Below, one piece after another: positions 1 to 11,360 of a stretch of DNA of 64,000 bases. Position 1 is the first letter of the stretch. Each line of letters begins with the position of its first letter. A program made the position numbers and the translations under genes. Source of the stretch: Mobula hypostoma (Eukaryota); assembly GCF_963921235.1 (NCBI RefSeq), contig NC_086097.1, positions 13,206,001-13,270,000 of the forward strand, read 5' to 3'. The notes below the pieces were generated by a model that saw nothing but the letters and a program-made list of their open reading frames with translations, was not told the DNA's origin and did no database searches.

Positions 1-1195
1 AGGAGATTATAGACCAGTGAGTTATACTTCACTGGTTGGTAAATTGATGGAAAAGGTCCTGAGAGGCAGGATTTATGAACATTTGGAGAGGCATAATATT
101 GAACATTTGAATAGTTAGCATGGCTTTGTGCCTTATGAGCCTGATTGAATATTTTAAGGATGTGACTAAACCATTGATGAAGGTAGAGCAGTAGATGTAC
201 TGTATATGGATTTCAGCAAATCATTTGATAAGGTACTCCATGCAAGGCTTATTGAGAAAGTAAGGAAGTGGAGAGATGGGTTAGTAAATTTGCTGACGAC
301 ACAAAGGTTGGAGGTGTTGTGGATAGTGTGGAGGGCTGTCAGTGGTTACAGTGGGACATCGATAGGATGCAAAACTGGGCTGAGAAGTGGCAGATGGAGT
401 TCAATCCAGATAAGTGTGAGGTGGTTCATTTCAGTAGGTCAGATATGATGGCAGAATATAGTATTAATGGTAAACCTCTTGGCAGTGTGGAGCATCATAG
501 AGATCTTGGGGTCCAGGTCCATAGGACACTCAAAGCTGTTGCGCAGGTTGACTGTGGTTAAGAGGGCATACGGTACATTGGCCTTCATCAACCGTGGGAT
601 TGAGTTTAAGAGTCAAGGGGTAATGTTACGGCTTTATAGGACCCTGGCCAGAACCCACTTGTGGTACTGTGCTCAGTTCTGGCCACCTCACTACAAGAAG
701 GATGTAGAAACTATAGAAAGGGTGCAGAGGAGATTAGCAAGGATGTTGTCTGGATTGGGGAGCATGCTCTATCAGAATAGGTTGAGTGAACTTGGCTTTT
801 TCTCCTTGGAGCAACTGGGGATGAGACGTGACCTGATAGAGGTGTATAAGATGAGAGAGACATTGATCATGTGGATAGTCAGAGGCTTTTTCCCAGGGCT
901 GAAATGGCTAACACGAGAGGGCACAGTTTTAAGGCGCTTGGAAGTAGGTACAGAGGAGATGTCAGGGCTAAGTTTTTTTTTACGCGGAGAGTGGTGAGTG
1001 CATGGAATGGGCTGCCGGCAACGGTGGTGGAGGCAGATACGATCAGGTCTATTAAGAGACTCCTGGATAGGTACATGGAGCTCAGAAAATTAGAGGGCTA
1101 TGGGTAACTCTTGGTAATTTTTACAAGAAGTACATGTTCAGCACAGCATCATGGGCTGAAGGGCTTGTATTGTGCTGTAGGTTTACTATGTTTCT
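1..1195 (+). mobile_element. CR1-clade LINE, 3' part of ORF2 (RT C-terminus) plus 3' UTR; frameshifted, internal deletion near 266
   Basis: ORF pieces MDFSKSFDKVLH, SKFADDTKVGG, WAEKWQMEFNPDKCEV, YCAQFWPPHYKKD, TRGHSFK, FFTRRVVSAWNGLP; tail ...atgtttctat. Confidence 0.92.
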
Positions 1196-2445
1196 ATATT
1201 TTAATAAGTTACTGAGTAGCGATCAGCACAGAACCAGTTCTAATTCCAAGATTTGCCTGGTCCAATACAGCAGTTTGAATTTTAAAGAGATTTTCCTGTG
1301 GAGCCAAAGAACACAAAAGAACACTAGAAAATGGGAGCAGGAGTAAGCCCTCATGATCGGTCTGCCTGGCCTGCCATTCAGTGAGGTCCTGGATCACCTG
1401 CGCCAGCCTCAACTTCTCTTCAGAGTCAGTTCCCTGCAACCCTCAATACCTCAAAACTTAGAGAAAGGATAAATGATCATAAACAAATGGGAGAGGTTGG
1501 CTTCCAGCAAAAAAAAATGTAGTTAGCATTTCGTTGCTTTCTAGATTGGATTAATGATACTGATTGATTTTTGTTAGAGGCGTTTAAGGCTTTATAATTT
1601 GTACCAATATTCAGTGATGCAGACCATAATGATGGCTGTTATACGCAACAAGCCTGGGGGCAGGGCCTCATCAGCTGTCAATGCCATTCTGTACGTACAG
1701 TTTCACGCCTGCACTGAGACAGTCCTAATGTTGCACTGGGAAGAGCTCTGGTTTAAAAGCTATGAAAAAGCCACACAAGGATGGGCTGCAGTCTTGAGCC
1801 AAGAGGACCTCTGGCGTGATTTTTTGGATTTCCACTTTTTACTAACTTTAGAAATGTTTTTCTTTTTCTCTGTTTTTAGTCTTGGGGTGCAGGCCCACAT
1901 GATTGTCTGTACTGAAAGCCAGTTACCACAGATCTTCCCATTCTCTCAGTCCATTAACGTCCCTTTGTAATTTAACTCTTCCAAATGCACTGCATATAAT
2001 GCTGACTCGATCCACAGCACTAGGATTGTTAGCCACAGAAATTTGCAATGAATTTGAATTTGAACAGTGACTAATTTTGTGCCTTTATAAAATATGGCTT
2101 TGTATCCCATCTAAACCTGGCTTTCCACCCCATCACCTAAGATATTAGCAAATGAAGTAAACAGTTGAGCCTCTTTGCGAGAGTCTCATCATTTTTCTTC
2201 AATGTGAAAACATGTTTGTTATTCCTTGCATACACCCTGCAACATTGTGTCATTGCATAGCATAGCACAGAACTGGGCTCTTTGGCCCAGTATGTTAGAC
2301 ATTGTTTTCCGTTTACACCAATCCAAATTGCCGACAATTTGCCTCTTAAATGTATTGATTGCACCCGATCCACAGATTTATTGAGTATGCCCACACAAAA
2401 GTGAATCTCTGAGTCATATATGGTGACATATATGTACTTTGAGAA

Positions 2446-3148
2446 CAGACACCCCACCCTGCAAAAACTCATTTCAGGGAGGTAGCACCATCAATTTGCG
2501 GGAGACTTCCGGGAGGGGGGGGATGTCTGCAATAGAGTAGCTCCTTAGCAGCTAGCTAGTTAGTTTAAATAACGTTAGCTATGCTAATGAATGAATTACA
2601 CCTGTTAAACTCACCTCAACATGTCTTTTACAGTCTTAACCCACCATGGGCAATAGAAAATTCACTGTTGCAAACAGTGCAGCGAGCAACACTGTTATTA
2701 TTCTTGACCCCCGTTAGGCAGGGGTATACTTTAGTGTAGTCTGGGGTGACGTATGTTTTTATATTTTCTTTTTTTGGAACACTCTCGCTCTTGCTCTCTC
2801 TCTCTCTCGCACGCTCTCACTCGCGCTCGCTCTCTCGTGCTTGCTTTCTCACTCTTGCTCTTGCTCTCTCTCTCGCTCTCGTGCTCTCTCTCTCATGGTC
2901 GCTCACTCGCGCGCGCTGTCTCGAGCTTGCTTTCTTGCTCTCGCTCTCTCACTCGCTCTCGTGGTCGCTCTCACTCGCGCTTGCTTTCTTGCTCTTGCAC
3001 TCGCTCTCTCACTCTTTCTTGCGTGTTCTCTCATGCTCGCTCTCAAAAAAATCAATTTCTGGGACATTGTATATAATTTGCGGGCATCAGGGAGCCACTA
3101 TTAATATGCGGGAGACTCCCGGAACTTCCAGGAGAGGTGGGATGTCTG
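2446..3148. mobile_element. Non-autonomous DNA transposon (MITE-like) inserted in a LINE-type 3' tail
   Basis: TIRs cagacaccccacc (2446) / ggtgggatgtctg (ends 3148); 6-bp TSD tgagaa (2440-2445) / tgataa (3149-3154); removing it restores the tail tatgtactttgataataaatttactttgaac seen elsewhere in the window. Confidence 0.8.
2780..3045. repeat. CT/CG-rich low-complexity repeat inside the MITE
   Basis: Iterated ctcgctctctc / cttgctttct motifs; source of spurious Ser/Leu/Arg ORFs. Confidence 0.9.
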
Positions 3149-3171
3149 TGATAATAAATTTACTTTGAACT

Positions 3172-3420
3172 TTCTGCACAACCTTTGGCAGTGAGATCTG
3201 GATATCAACCAGTCCCATGATAAAGAATTCCTCTCCCATTTAAATTAAAACTCCTCATCTTAAAACTATGTCCTATTATTTTCAATACCCCTACCATGGG
3301 AAAGAGGTTCTGATCAACTATGTCTTTGATATATTTTTACAGTATACCTTTATCAGATCATTCACTCAGTCTCCTTTGCAGCAGGGAAAACAAGACTATC
3401 ATATTCAATTTCTCCTTACT
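3172..3420 (-). mobile_element. Old CR1 fragment (downstream half; upstream half at about 6463-6530)
   Basis: Minus strand gives degenerate LFSLxQRRL..DLIKVY here and LGRVEKKFTRTLAGLE at 6511-6463, adjacent motifs in CR1 ORF2. Confidence 0.65.
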
Positions 3421-3424
3421 TGTT

Positions 3425-6400
3425 ACATACACCTGTTAGGGTGCATTCTCCAGTTACCTTATAAGGTAACCGTAGCCTTCAGCCAGGAGCCGATGTCATC
3501 AGTTGGTTCCCAACCTTCACCGAGTGTTTCGACCCTTAACCACGACACTCTCCAGTTGGTGGGCCGGCAGTGGTGGCCAAATCACTGCCCATCTGCTCCT
3601 GGCTTCCAGCTCCCCTCCTCTTGCCTACTCCAAATCCAACAAGAGGCTCGTTCTGCCTCTTCCCCCATCCTACGAACTGCTTGTTTTTTGCTCCTTTCGT
3701 CCAGGCCCATATCTGACAACAACCGCCATGCTGATTTGGCTGGAAAACCTCTGCAGCTGATCTCCACAGGAAAGAACCATGCCTGCCATCCCTTGTCTTT
3801 ACACTCCTGCACTAAGGGCTGGTACTTCAAGGCCTTTCTCTCGTGGGCCTCTGTGGTAAACCATATATATATGTTGTAACTGGGTTAACTGTCCGGACAT
3901 GCCCCTCTGCTGACTGCCACTGTGGCTCCTCCTACAGACCCTTGAATAAAGGTGATTTCGCCCTGCTCCTCCTCCTCAGTCCAGGGGCAGACACTCAGCA
4001 TGCTGGAAGTCATATTTTACTGCGACTAAAAACCTTTCAGTATTTACCCTACTTCAGTCTTTTGGAGTAGTGGAAGGTGCATCTCATCCCTCCTCCCACG
4101 GCACAGTCAGCTCAACCAGAATTATTTTCTTGTCTTCGGTTGACCAAAGTACAACGTCTGGGCGTAGGGTTGTGTACACCACATCTGGGAACTGCAACCT
4201 CTTTTCCACATCGACCCTCATCTCCCAGGACCTGGCCGTTAGCAGCTGAGTGAGCTTTGGTTGTTTGGTTACGAAAGGCCTGGCTCCCTCTTTGATGAAG
4301 GTGATGGCCTTCCTCAAATCTGTGCCAGCCATCCTTTTCTTGCATCTCTCTCACTCTATTGTGGCAGCAAGAGCCGGAAGCACCTTATAATGGCGCCGGC
4401 TATACCGTCCTTGAGTTAGAGCTGTTTTACACCCGGACAGTATATGAACCAGTGTCCCCTTTTGACCACAGAACTTTCAGTTCAAGTCCTCTCTCATCCC
4501 CCATGTGTATAGATGTAATGGTGAAGGAAGGGTGTCATATACGGATCGCAAGAGGAAGAAAATATAGAAAGGCTCCAGTCTCCATAACTCTGCCCATGAG
4601 ATCTTGCGCTTAGGCAGATCCCATTTTGTCCAGGCACCTTGGTACCCTTGTCCCACTGCCTTTGACATCCGCTTCTCTTCCTCACGGATCCGAACTTCTG
4701 CCTGTACCATGTCTCGCCTGTTCCTTATGCTTGCGTTTCCCCACTGCTGGAAGTGAACTGAGCCGAGGCCTTACCGCCCGACACAAGGGTTGCCGATGAT
4801 ATCTCACAGCTTCAGAGAACGCACTGCCTGCTCCACAGGTGCGTTGGCTGCCCACTTGCGCCCAGATCTGGTTGTAACGCCTGCTTGCTATACCAAGACA
4901 TCATTGGAATCTCTCAAGCTTAATAAGGCTCTGCATCTTGCCACCTTGAATTCCTCCGCAACAGATGACAGGGGAAGCTGCAGTTGCCCAGAACGAATGT
5001 AGAGGCCCACTGAGGAGAAGCTTGGGGGAACTCCCAACCATCTCCGCAAGTGCTTGCTGGTTTTCCTCTCGATGCCCTCTACAGCAGTCATGGGGATCTC
5101 ATAAAGCGTGAAGAGCCAGAGAAGCCTGGGCAGAAGGCCATATTGGTACAGCCAGGTCTTGAATTTACCTGGAAGTCCGGATTTTTTGATCTTCTTCAGC
5201 CATTTGTCTGTCTGCTTCACAGCATTGGTGACATTGCCCCCATCTGTCAGTGACACACTAAACCACTTCCCCAAGCATTTTATCAGGTTATCTTCAATGG
5301 AAGGGATGACCTCACCCTGAACCTGGAGGCTAAACTTGCTAGTAACTTTGCCCTTTCTGATCACCATGCACCTGGACTTCTTAGCCTTGAAGGACATCTT
5401 CGCCCAAGAGGTTACATTACCCAGGCTTTCCACTACCCATCTTGCTTGGACATGTGACACAGTTGTTATAGTGATGTCGTCCATGAACCCTCGTAGAGAC
5501 GGCTGAACAATGCCTGACCCCATCATTGGGCCACGGTATACATCTCTGCTACTGATAATAAGAGGTTCATTCCCATAATAAATAGGATGGGGGAGATTGT
5601 GCACCCTGTTGGACTCCCCTTCTGGAGGTCCTGCCAACTAGTTGTGAAATAGGCTGATGTAAATCTGAGTTTGAATCTTCCTAGGTAGCTGGTGATCATG
5701 TCTCGAATAGCCACTGGGATGTAGTAGTGGTTGAGTCCTTCTTGGATGAGGTCATGTGGAATAGACCCGTAGACATTCGCGAGGTCTAACCAGACAACTG
5801 TTAGGTCGCATTTTTTCTGCTTGGCCTCACGGATCAAATGGCTAAACATTGAGGTGTGTTCCAGGCACCCGGAAAAGCCTGGAATACTGCTTTTCTGGGT
5901 GGATCTGTTGATACAGCGGTTCTGTGTCACGTAAGACGTCAGCCTTCTTGCGAGCACAGAAAAGAAAATCTTACATTCCACATCCAGGAGAGAAATTGTC
6001 CTAAACTGGGCAATTATGGAAGAAACCTCTTCCTTTGGAATAAAGCATCCCTCTGCCAATTTCCAACTTGATGGAATAGTACCTTTGGCCCAGATCTTTC
6101 TCATGACCTTCCACAGCATCTGAAGAAGTTTTGGGCATTTCTTATACACCTTATAAGGTATGCCGCTTGGGCCTGGGGCAGCTGATGCTTCAGCTTTCCG
6201 GATGATGTCCTGGATTTCCTGCCATGTACGCTCCTTCACATTCAGCTCAATTGATGGTTTTTCCCGTCTACGTACAGCCCGATTGGTTCCCAGTCCCTGA
6301 CCCCTCCGTGGGTCGCAGTGTGCCTCCCGCAGGAACTCCTCTACCTCTGGCTTCGAGATGGATAGTATACCAGATTTTTGTTGGCCGAGAAGAGTCCTGG

Positions 6401-6462
6401 TGAAGCTGAATGGATCTCTCACAAACTGCATTCGCCTTTTCTCTTTCTTCCTTCTTTGCTGT
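3425..6462 (-). mobile_element. 5'-truncated Hero-like (R2 group) non-LTR retrotransposon: RT, CCHC knuckle, restriction-like endonuclease; frameshifted
   Basis: APGPSGIPYKVYKKCP, FRTISLLDVECKIFFS, VVWLDLANVYGSIPH, GCTISPILF, GFMDDITI; FCGQKGTLVHILSGC knuckle near 4430-4475; LRPDVVLWS..IILVELTVPWEEG; KYQPLVQEC..FPVEISCRGF. Confidence 0.88.
3852..4084 (+). mobile_element. Solo LTR nested in the Hero endonuclease domain
   Basis: About 233 bp, starts tgtggt, ends ggtgcatc, internal aataaa; splits the contiguous Hero peptide VPWEEG / EAHERKALKY. Confidence 0.72.
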
Positions 6463-7689
6463 CTCCAATCCAGCAAGTGTCCTGGTGAATTTCTTCTCCA
6501 CTCTCCCCAGCTCATATCTTATTCAGTTGATAATTTGCCTTCAATTATGTGAGCTTCAATTTTCTGCTCAGGGTTTCTTAGGATTGACTTTGCCAAACGC
6601 CCTTTTGAAAGGTTATGTAAATGTTTGCTCGGATGGTACTCCTCTGTAGACACGGGGTCCTCAGAAACCCCCCGGATAACAATATTGTACAGATCAATAT
6701 TCTTTCAATGCTGGTGCCAAAGTCAAGAATGCAGTGGAGGTCAGGTGTTGGCCAAGGATCTCTGTCTTGCTGAGGTTAAGGCCCAGAAGCATTTTATCTT
6801 TGATTCCTCAGCTACAAGTCAGTCATGGCTGATGTACTTCATGCGACCTTATTTATTTGAATAGTACAATCAGCCTGGTAAATAACGACTTCATAAGCAT
6901 ATTAATCTATATTATGTTTATCCTAATTTAAGTTAATCTTTTTAATGGTTCTTTTCAACAATTTTAATTATTTCTATATACTTTTAAAATAATTTAAATC
7001 TATTTGAATTGCTTTTCAATATCTCTGAAACATTTGGACATGTCAAGAAGTCCTTTGACAGAAAAGACTCAACAAGGTGATCTCGGAATGTAGCATCAAG
7101 ATCTGTTATCTGGGATCTCGCCGACACTTGGAAGCAGCTCTTCTTTATGAGGCAGTCGTGGCAGCCCGATTTGGAGTTCAGTTTCTGCCATAGGGTGGCA
7201 GAAGGTTAGTTATGCATTGGAACCGTATAGAAAGCAACCATCGATAGACTTCCAGTATCTTTTTCCAAGCGTGCAGTTAATCAAAAATGATCTACCTTTT
7301 TGAAATCCATGCTGCTTTAACCAAACCCAGATTTTGAAAGGCAAAATACACTTAAAACTTCTTTGTGATTGCTTCCTCAACAAAAATCCCTGAGAAAACT
7401 TGAATATGGTCCTTTCCTCCCCCTTTTCCCCTTCTTTAAAAGAAAAAAAAACTAAATTGAAAATAGTTTTCTAACCATCGAATTTGTGGACAAGTTGATC
7501 GAATGAGGAGACTTAAAGAAGGAATGAGAGAAGAAAAGGATTAGGGAAAAAATTCTGAACTTCAAGCCTTGTATAGCTGAAGGCCTGGCCAGTAGTGGTA
7601 GATCAACTAAATCCAGGGACAGTAAATTACTGGTGGACCACAGACATATCAAAGGAATTTACAGTGATAGAAGATAAGAAGGCATGAGG

Positions 7690-8460
7690 AATTTCAAAGT
7701 TCAAAGTTAACTTATTATCAAAGTACATATATGTCATCATGTACAACCCTGAGATTCAACTTCTTGCAGGTATACTCAATAAATCCATAACAGAATAATA
7801 ACCTTAATAAAACAATGAAAGACCACACCAACTTGGGCATTGAACTAGTGTGCAAAAGACAACAAACTGTGCAAATACAAAAAGAAAGAAATTATAATAA
7901 TAAATAAATATATAATAAGTATCAAGACCATGAGATGAAGTCCTTGAAAGTGAGTCCATACGTTGTGGGAACAGTTCACTGATGGGACAAAGTGAAGTTA
8001 AGAGAAGTTATCCCCTTTACTCCAAGAACCTGATGGTTGAGGGGTAATAACTGTTCCTGAACCTGGAGGTGTGAGTCCTGAGGTTCCTGTAGCTTCTTCT
8101 TGATGGCAGTAGGGAGAAGGGATCATGTCCTGGGTGGTCCCTTGGGGTCCCTGTTGATGGATGCTGCTTTCCTGCAACAACTCTTTGTGTAGACGTACAC
8201 AATGGTGAGGAAGGCTTTACCCATGATGGACAGGGCCATATCCACTACTTTTTTGTTGGATTTTCTATTCAAAGGCATTGGCGTTTCCGTACCAGGCTCT
8301 CCACTACACATCTATAGCGGTTTGTCAAAGTTCTAGGTGTCATGCCAAACCTTCGTGATTGCACTATGTGCTGAGCTCGGGACAGGTCATCTGAAATAAT
8401 AATACTGAGGAACATAAAGTTCTTACTCTCTCCACCTCTGATCCTCTGATGAGGACTAAC
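7690..8460 (-). mobile_element. Degenerate Rex1/L2-type LINE 3' fragment with (tttgaac)n-type tail
   Basis: FSLLPSRRSYRNLRTHTSRFRNSYYPSTIRFL; related copies at about 11950-12400(+), 26335-27005(+), 27690-28005(-), 37810-38340(+), 43725-44075(+), 49930-50660(+). Confidence 0.75.
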
Positions 8461-8764
8461 TTATGGATCATGGAATTGAAGCAAGAATGTCATGTTGTTG
8501 CTTCACCAGAAGACAGTGAACATCAATAAGCTCAGGGTTGATGGGTGAATGGAAATTGAGCGCAGAGCAATCTTCGGGTAACTTTTGATTATTCTGGTCA
8601 CCCTATTACAAGAGGTGCATTAGGGCTTTGGAAAGGGTGCTGAAGAGTTTCCCACGATTGTGCCTCTATTAGAGGGTGTGAGCTATTAGGAGAGGTTGGA
8701 CAAACTAGTATTGTTTTCTCTGGAGTGTCAGAGACTGAGGGGAGACCTGATAGAAATTCATACA

Positions 8765-9134
8765 CAAACACGAGGAAATCTGCAGATGCTGGAAATTCAA
8801 GCAACATACATAAAAAATGCTGGTGGAACCCATCCTCGGGGTTCCCCCCTCCCCCTTTCTTTCTCCCTAGGCTTCCCATCCCATGATCCTCTCCCTTCTC
8901 CAGCCTTGTATCCCTTTTGTCAATCAACTTTCCAGCTCTTAGCTTCATCCCTCCTCCTCCTGTCTTCTATCATTTCTATCATATCTCCCCCTCCCCCTCC
9001 CACTTTCAAATCTCTTACCATCTCTTCTTTCAGTTAGTCCTGATGAAGGGTCTCGGCCCGAAACGTCGACTGTACCTCTTCCTATAGGTGCTGCCTGGCC
9101 TGCTGCGTTCACCAGCATTTTTTGTGTGTGTTGC
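8765..9134 (+). mobile_element. Penelope-like element 3' fragment with inverted 5' segment
   Basis: 14-bp TSD tagaaa(t/g)tcataca at 8751-8764 and 9135-9148; 8765-8830 is the element terminus in inverted orientation; CT-rich body. Confidence 0.8.
9036..9071 (+). ncRNA. Minimal type-I hammerhead ribozyme motif
   Basis: AGUC-CUGAUGA-A-GGGU(CUCG)GCCC-GAA-ACGU-C-GACU: both conserved core boxes, stem I AGUC/GACU, palindromic stem III ACGU, GUC triplet. Confidence 0.75.
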
Positions 9135-9499
9135 TAGAAAGTCATACAATTATGACAGGAATAGACAATCGGAGTCTTTTCCCCGGGTAAAGATATCAAG
9201 TATTAGATGACGTACATTAAATCTGAGAGGGGAAGAGTTTAGAGGAGGTAAGTGGGGAAAGTTATTTTTAACACAGAGAATGGTAGGTTGCTGGAATGGG
9301 GTGGGGGAGGGGGAAGTTGTGCAATCAGATACAAAAATGTATGGAATGGTAAGAAATGTTTTATGTACAGGCACAAAAGAATTAGTTTAATTCAGCATGG
9401 TGTTGGGCACACTCATTGCGGGCCAAAAAGGCTATTCCATGTTCTATTGGTAGGGTGGTTGAGTAGGCAGGAAGCATGCTTGCTTTTATTATTTGAGAC

Positions 9500-10101
9500 A
9501 GTGAGGTCAAAAGTCAGGAAGTCATGTTGCGCTTTTATAAAACTCTAGTTAGGCCAAATCTGGAGTATTGCATACAGTTCCGGTCACCCCACTATTAGAA
9601 TGATGTCAAAGCTTTGAAGAGGGTGCAGAAGAGGTTTACCAGGATGCTGCCTGGATTAGAGGGCATGTGCTAGAAAGAGAGGTTGGACAACAGGTTGTTT
9701 TCTCTGGAGCGGCAGAGGCTGAGGTTTATAGGATTATGAGTGGCATAGGTAATGTAGACAGACAGTAATTTCTTTTTTTTCCCCCAGGGTTGAAATGCCT
9801 AATACCAGGGAGTATGCATTTGAGGTGAGAGGAGGTGATTTCAAAGGAGGTGTGAGGGACAAAATGTTTTACAGAGAGTGGTGGTTGCTAGAATACGCTA
9901 CCTGGGGTGCTAATGGAGGCAGATACATTAAGGACTTTTAAAAGACGGTTAGATAGACACATGAATGTGAGGAAATTAGAAGGATATGGATATTGTGTAG
10001 GCAAAGGGAATTAGTTCAGTTGGCCATTTGATAACTAATTTAGTTGGTTCAGCACAACATTGTGAGCTGAAGGGCCTGTTCCTGTACTGTACTATTCTAT
10101 G
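9500..10101 (+). mobile_element. CR1 3' fragment
   Basis: ctggagtattgcatacagttccggtcacc, gggtgcagaagaggtttaccaggatgctgcc; tail gtactgtactattctatgt. Confidence 0.8.
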
Positions 10102-10839
10102 TAACACACACAAAATGCTGGAGGAACTCAACAGGCCGTGCAGCATCTGTGGAAAAGAATAAACAGTCAACATGTCGGACCGAGATGTTTCATCCGGTCT
10201 CCTGCTGAGTTCTTGCAGCATGTTATCTGTTGCTTTGGATTTCCAGCATCTGTAGATTTTCTTAATTTTGTGGCATATTGTTCTATGTTCAGGAAGGAAA
10301 GATGGAGGCTGCTTTTAGCCACCGTCTCATTTACAGCTGAATCAAACATAGCCTAATCATGAGAAAATACATTCTGTGAAGTTATACAACTTTACTCAAA
10401 TCCCCACCTTTGTCAGAGATCAAACTTGTTCATGCAAGAAATTACATTCTCAATGCTGTCAAGCCCTCGAGATACCAATTCTATTTTGTCAAAGATTCAG
10501 TAAGAATGACAATGTTTCAAGGGATGAACTAGGATCTGAGACAAACAGAACAAAAAGACACAACGAACTCTACTTAAATATTTGATGTTTAAGTAAATGT
10601 GCCTTTTAAATGAATAGAAATTGAAAACTGCAAACTATTTTGTGCCCACACCCATACACCAGCATTTATTCATTGAATTGTATGGTGTAGCTCCAAAGAC
10701 TACATGTCACTCACAATTGACTACCACAGCTCTTGTTTTATTAGTGGTGTTCCGCCTTTTCTCTATCCTTACCATCCGAGTATGATGATTTTACTTCTCC
10801 ATATTATGCTCGTTCCCCTAATCCTTGCAAGACTTTTTA

Positions 10840-11360
10840 TTGTGGGCGGCTTTGGGTTCCTTATCTAAGAAGAGATATGCTGGCTCATATGGGGGTCAAG
10901 AGGAAGTTCACGAGAATAATTCTGGGAATGAAAGGGTTAATGTATGAGGAATGTTTGATGGCTCTGGGCCTGTACACACTGGAGTTCAGAAAAATGAAAA
11001 GGGATCTCAGTGAAATCTATCCAATATTGAAAAGCCTAGATAGAGTAGATATGGAGAGGATGTTTCCTACAGTGGGGTAGCCTCAGAATAGAGGGATGTC
11101 CACATAGAACAGAGAGGTGTTCTGTGGCCCAGAGGGTGGTGAATGTGGAATTCATTGCCACAGCTGGCTGGGGACGTCAGGTCATTGGGTATATTTAAAG
11201 AAGGTGTTGATATGTTCTTGATTAATCAGGGCATTAAAGGTTAAGGGGAGAAAGCAGGAGTTTGGGATTGAGAGGGATAATAAATCTCTTATGATGGAAT
11301 GGCACAACAAACACAGTAGGTCAAATGGCCTAATTCTGTTCCTATACCTTAAGGTTTTAT
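10840..11360 (+). mobile_element. CR1 3' fragment
   Basis: KFTRIILGMKGLMYEECLMALGLYTLEFRKM. Confidence 0.8.

Larger units (their letters stand above)
8560..9450 (+). mobile_element. CR1 3' fragment interrupted by a Penelope-derived insertion
   Basis: LDKLVLFSLECQRLRGDLIE; continues after 9135. Confidence 0.8.

Noticed and set aside
1841..1970. Strong-looking plus-strand acceptor (actaac, pyrimidine tract, ag near 1879)
   Set aside because: No matching donor or recognisable peptide; cannot support an exon.
2746..3168. Three overlapping Ser/Leu/Arg-rich ORFs
   Set aside because: Produced by stop-free CT/CG low-complexity sequence.
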